Source: an uncultured virus (IMG/VR IMGVR_UViG_3300022602_000082)
Lineage: Duplodnaviria > Heunggongvirae > Uroviricota > Caudoviricetes
Direction: 5' to 3' (one strand)
IMG/VR virus record: IMGVR_UViG_3300022602_000082
DNA: 20,000 nucleotides
Of the stretch, positions 17,036 through 20,000 are shown one piece after another. Position 1 is the stretch's first letter, and every line of letters starts with the position of its first letter. Below the pieces are notes generated by a model that was not told where the DNA came from, did not search any database, and saw only the letters and a program-made list of their open reading frames with translations. The position numbers and the translations under genes are program-made.

Positions 17036-17344
17036 TTAAATCTCGTCTGGAGAATAAACTGGTATATCACCAACACAAGTATACGTATTGCCTTCATTGG
17101 TTGTGCAGGTCATAATTAGTCGATAGGTATTATCAGCGACACCGCCAATAACTCGTTGTGTTGCTTTGCCAAGGTTTAAATTGACACTTCCTGACAATAT
17201 GGCAGAAGGGTTGGTATCTGTGCCTTGGGCTGTAATAGCCGTGCAGGTTCCAGATGATAATGTTTCAGTTGGCTGCAGAACTGGGTTAAAATCAAAGCTA
17301 AATAGCTCTGATTCGGTAGTTAATTTATACGAAAACTGGCTCAT
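17036..17344 (-). CDS. Putative fibre-tail adaptor protein
   Basis: About 100 aa beta protein with FSFDF..L...ETL and GG....Y...C.T..G pattern; follows the repeat fibre gene. Confidence 0.55.
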   Translation of the reverse strand: MSQFSYKLTTESELFSFDFNPVLQPTETLSSGTCTAITAQGTDTNPSAILSGSVNLNLGKATQRVIGGVADNTYRLIMTCTTNEGNTYTCVGDIPVYSPDEI

Positions 17345-18465
17345 TTTGAGACCTTTTTATTACTTGTGTTTGCAAGGACGTTTCGTTGCTTATACAAGTC
17401 AACGAGACGCTCTTTAAATTGTACTACGCTCAACCGTTCTTTATAAAGCTCTGTTACCCTGTCTCGAAAGTCCATCGTAAAGGTATAGCGAATTACTGCC
17501 CCTAGTTTGGGGAAAAACTCACGGACTAATGTTGCTATTGTAGCCGAAATCACGGATAAAGTAACAGATATTTGTTTAAATAGTGACGCTGTAGTGGTAG
17601 ATGTGACCGCAAACAGTTTGTTGATTAATCTTCCAACTGTTGCTGTAGTTGTGGATGCAACGGATAAAATTACACCCAATATAAATTTACGAACTATGGT
17701 TGCTGTAGTTGTAGATACATAACTTAGGGTTTTCCCTATGTATCGAATAAATGTAGCGGTTGATGTACTGACCACAAATAGCGTCTTAGCAGCCTTTTTA
17801 ATGATAGATGCTGTGGTAGCAGATACTACCGTCAATTTTGCCGTTATAGAGCGAATTATGGACGCTGTAGACGATGAAATGACAGATAGTGTCTTGGCTA
17901 TAGCTCTAACAAAGGATGCTGTAGTTGTAGATGTAGCTGACAAGAACTTATTAGCTGACTTAATTAAAGTTGCAGTGCTTGTGCTAACTACACTCTTAAT
18001 TAAATTAACTGTTCTGACAAACGATGCTGTTGTAGTGGAAGTTGCCGATTTAGTGACTGCAATAGCCTTTTTAATGCTTATTACCGTAGCCTCTGTAACA
18101 GACAAAAGGATAAGGTGAAAGGCACTTTCTGTAATTACTGCTACAGACATCTCACTAACAAGGGTTAAAAATTTACCTATAGCTCTTTTAAAACTAGCTG
18201 TAGTAGTAGATGTAACCGCTAATAGTTTATTGGGTAATTTGACTATTGTTGCTGTAGATGCAACGATTGTTGCCGTAATGGTCTTGGCTATTGCCCTGAC
18301 AAATGAGGCTGTCGAGGTAGCCGATGCGGATAATGCTTTAAGTATACTGGCTATTCTAGAGATGGTGCTAGTGCTCGTAGATGTTACAGATAATGTAGGA
18401 GTAAGAGTTATCGTATCCTGTGCATTAATTGCGACTCTATTTACACTAGACCCATTTATTGCCAT
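17341..18465 (-). CDS. Repeat-rich fibrous virion protein (about 16 repeats of about 18 aa)
   Basis: Repeats such as LSATSTTTASFVRAIAKT; Thr/Ser/Ala/Ile/Lys-rich and almost free of acidic residues. Confidence 0.7.
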   Translation of the reverse strand: MAINGSSVNRVAINAQDTITLTPTLSVTSTSTSTISRIASILKALSASATSTASFVRAIAKTITATIVASTATIVKLPNKLLAVTSTTTASFKRAIGKFLTLVSEMSVAVITESAFHLILLSVTEATVISIKKAIAVTKSATSTTTASFVRTVNLIKSVVSTSTATLIKSANKFLSATSTTTASFVRAIAKTLSVISSSTASIIRSITAKLTVVSATTASIIKKAAKTLFVVSTSTATFIRYIGKTLSYVSTTTATIVRKFILGVILSVASTTTATVGRLINKLFAVTSTTTASLFKQISVTLSVISATIATLVREFFPKLGAVIRYTFTMDFRDRVTELYKERLSVVQFKERLVDLYKQRNVLANTSNKKVSK

Positions 18466-18471
18466 TTTTAA

Positions 18472-18885
18472 CTAAATGCCTTTTCCAAGGTATTTTGCAC
18501 CAGATAGTAGTGTTTCAATGTTGTCTTTAGCATAGCCAAGCATTAGATTGCAACTTCTGCAAAGAAGGCCTCTAAATGACTTTTTTGAATGGCAGTGGTC
18601 AACAAACAGGTTTGTTTGCTTGTTGCATATTTCACAATTGCCAGTATTGTCATTTAATAACCTTTTTGATAATTCTTCAGATACACCATACTCATATTTG
18701 TATCTCCATTTACTTGCAGCTTTTTTGCTTTTGTCTTTAGTTCCGTTAATATTTTCAGAATATCTTTTTCTACTGTTAATTTTTTCGCATTCTCTGCATT
18801 TGCTATGCCTATAGCCAAGTTTTGAATTTCTAAAATTAAATGAATCTAAAGTTTTTAATTCTTTACAAGCCGTACATTGCTTCAT
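18472..18885 (-). CDS. Free-standing endonuclease VII-family (probable homing) endonuclease
   Basis: CEIC...VDHCH...RGLLCRSCN.MLG...D EndoVII motif; N-terminal CxxC...CxxC module. Confidence 0.88.
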   Translation of the reverse strand: MKQCTACKELKTLDSFNFRNSKLGYRHSKCRECEKINSRKRYSENINGTKDKSKKAASKWRYKYEYGVSEELSKRLLNDNTGNCEICNKQTNLFVDHCHSKKSFRGLLCRSCNLMLGYAKDNIETLLSGAKYLGKGI

Positions 18886-18916
18886 ATAACCACCTTAGTT
18901 ACACCTGAATACAGAG

Positions 18917-18968
18917 CTTAGGAAGGATGTCAGGTTAACATCTTTTCACCCCGTCGGGCTATCCTAAG
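18917..18968 (-). ncRNA. Predicted three-way-junction RNA leader upstream of EndoVII
   Basis: Minus strand reads CUUAGGA-UA-GCCC(GACG)GGGU-GAAAA-GAUGU(UAACCUG)ACAUC-CU-UCCUAAG: three complementary helices. Confidence 0.55.
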
Positions 18969-18974
18969 TTGTTG

Positions 18975-18980
18975 ATTATA
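18975..18980 (-). promoter_or_regulatory. Perfect -10 box (TATAAT) just upstream of the RNA structure and EndoVII
   Basis: TATAAT directly follows the stop of 18981..19355 and lies 6 nt before the P1 helix. No convincing -35 box. Confidence 0.4.
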
Positions 18981-19355
18981 CTACGAAAATTGAACTTTCA
19001 CAGTAAACTGTATCGAGTCACCACTGTTTAGCGCAATACCTGTAAAGTCACCCTTTACAAACAAGTTACCAGATGACACAGCATCAAACGTACCAGCATT
19101 GGTAATGGTTTGTGATGTTCCAGAGGTTAATGTTCCCACAACTTGGAATGTATCATTAGTTGTAGAAGTTGTTTGTTGAGATGCTGTACCAGTAGTACGA
19201 GTCGCAGGAGAGCTAGATTCAGTAAATAAAGTCGTGTCAGTTGCCGCAGTAGTACCAGCACCAGTTCCCCATGCTACATAAAGGGGTGTGGTTCCAGCAC
19301 CGTTAATACGGTTAGTAACAACGGCTTTTCCTGTGTTAACCAATAAGGTTGCCAT
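18981..19355 (-). CDS. Conserved beta-rich virion protein (tail/fibre-associated)
   Basis: YVAWGTG...DTTLFTE, ITNAGTF and GDSIQFT motifs, as in phage tail/baseplate/fibre-base proteins. Confidence 0.65.
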   Translation of the reverse strand: MATLLVNTGKAVVTNRINGAGTTPLYVAWGTGAGTTAATDTTLFTESSSPATRTTGTASQQTTSTTNDTFQVVGTLTSGTSQTITNAGTFDAVSSGNLFVKGDFTGIALNSGDSIQFTVKVQFS

Positions 19356-19884
19356 ATTTGTTTCCTTTTGATAAATTTTGAACTGCTGGAATTACTTGAA
19401 GATTGCTCCAAACATGAAGACCGCATACATTCTTTCCTTGAAGGGGAATAATGTGGTCAATATGCCATTTAAATCCAGTTATTGCTTCTCTTAACTTAGC
19501 CAAATTGGTTGCTTCTTCCGTTACAAATTCTGTAAGTTCAAAATTCCATTTAGGCGTTGCATTCATCTTTTTGTACTTGTATTTTAGTACCTTAGCAAGG
19601 CATTTGTCCTTGTTTTTAGATGACCAATTAGAAATAACCTTTCTGATTTTTTCATAATTCTTTTCTCTATATTCTTTTGAATATTTTTTATGCAAGTCCC
19701 TGTTTTCGGGTTTAGCCTTATATTCTTTGTCATAAGTATTCTCTAAATAACGAGCTTTTCTTTTAACATTAGTACAATGCTTACAAGCAGTTTTATATCC
19801 ACTTGAAGTAGATGCGTCCTTATGAAACTCAGATAAGAGCTTTATGGACTTACAGATAGAGCAGTGCTTTACCTGTGTAGCCAT
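19336..19884 (-). CDS. Free-standing HNH homing endonuclease
   Basis: WHIDHIIPLQGKNVCGLHVWSNLQVI...NLSKGN HNH motif; N-terminal CxxC...CxxC module; overlaps both neighbours. Confidence 0.9.
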   Translation of the reverse strand: MATQVKHCSICKSIKLLSEFHKDASTSSGYKTACKHCTNVKRKARYLENTYDKEYKAKPENRDLHKKYSKEYREKNYEKIRKVISNWSSKNKDKCLAKVLKYKYKKMNATPKWNFELTEFVTEEATNLAKLREAITGFKWHIDHIIPLQGKNVCGLHVWSNLQVIPAVQNLSKGNKYGNLIG

Positions 19885-20000
19885 TTTTTAATTCTCCAAA
19901 TAATTCGTTTGATTGGGTTTTTATGCCAGTAATCAATAACGCCCAATTCTTCTACGGTTCCGTCTGCACGGGTAACTGTAGCAATAAATTGGATTTCTTT
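19869..20000 (-). CDS. 3' end of a small phage protein (5'-truncated by the window)
   Basis: Hand translation gives ...KEIQFIATVTRADGTVEELGVIDYWHKNPIKRIIWRIKKWLHR*; overlaps the HNH start by 16 nt. Confidence 0.7.
   Translation of the reverse strand, partial: KEIQFIATVTRADGTVEELGVIDYWHKNPIKRIIWRIKKWLHR

Noticed and set aside
17507..18475. Three + strand Val/Ala/Asp-rich ORFs that look repetitive
   Set aside because: They are antisense shadows of the Thr/Ser/Ala repeat gene, with no independent SD or operon context.
18466..19884. Group I intron or intein hosting the endonucleases
   Set aside because: The flanking genes are complete with their own starts and stops, and the non-coding space (95 nt at most) is too small for a ribozyme core.
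1..20000. Alternative genetic code, tRNA genes, integrase/att sites, diversity-generating retroelement
   Set aside because: Genes tile the window under the standard code with TAA, TAG and TGA all used as stops. I saw no cloverleaf, recombinase, reverse transcriptase or adenine-variable repeat pair by eye.

Overview
Fragment of a tailed dsDNA phage genome with P22-like (podovirus-type) virion genes; a two-component spanin implies a Gram-negative host. Bases 1-2472 (+) hold the end of an early/accessory operon: a Cas4-like nuclease C-terminus, a structured intergenic element, an HslV-like Ntn peptidase, an HTH-metallophosphoesterase, a small ORF and a GH108 endolysin. Bases 2469-20000 (-) are one tightly packed late operon. 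In order it carries fibre/collar-type genes interrupted by two free-standing endonucleases (HNH and EndoVII), three receptor-binding proteins, P22 gp4- and gp10-like head-tail proteins, a GNAT, three putative ejection proteins, a small basic protein, a diverged PurD-like ATP-grasp ligase, a short fibre/needle-like protein, holin candidates and Rz with an embedded Rz1 missed by the ORF track. The most notable points are: the PurD-like ligase inside the virion operon with altered substrate motifs; one structural gene invaded at both ends by endonucleases with recoded terminal duplicates; a predicted three-way-junction RNA leader ahead of EndoVII; a 13-bp stem with C-rich loops at 310-375; and a split, convergent lysis cassette. 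All family assignments come from motif recognition by eye, not database searches.
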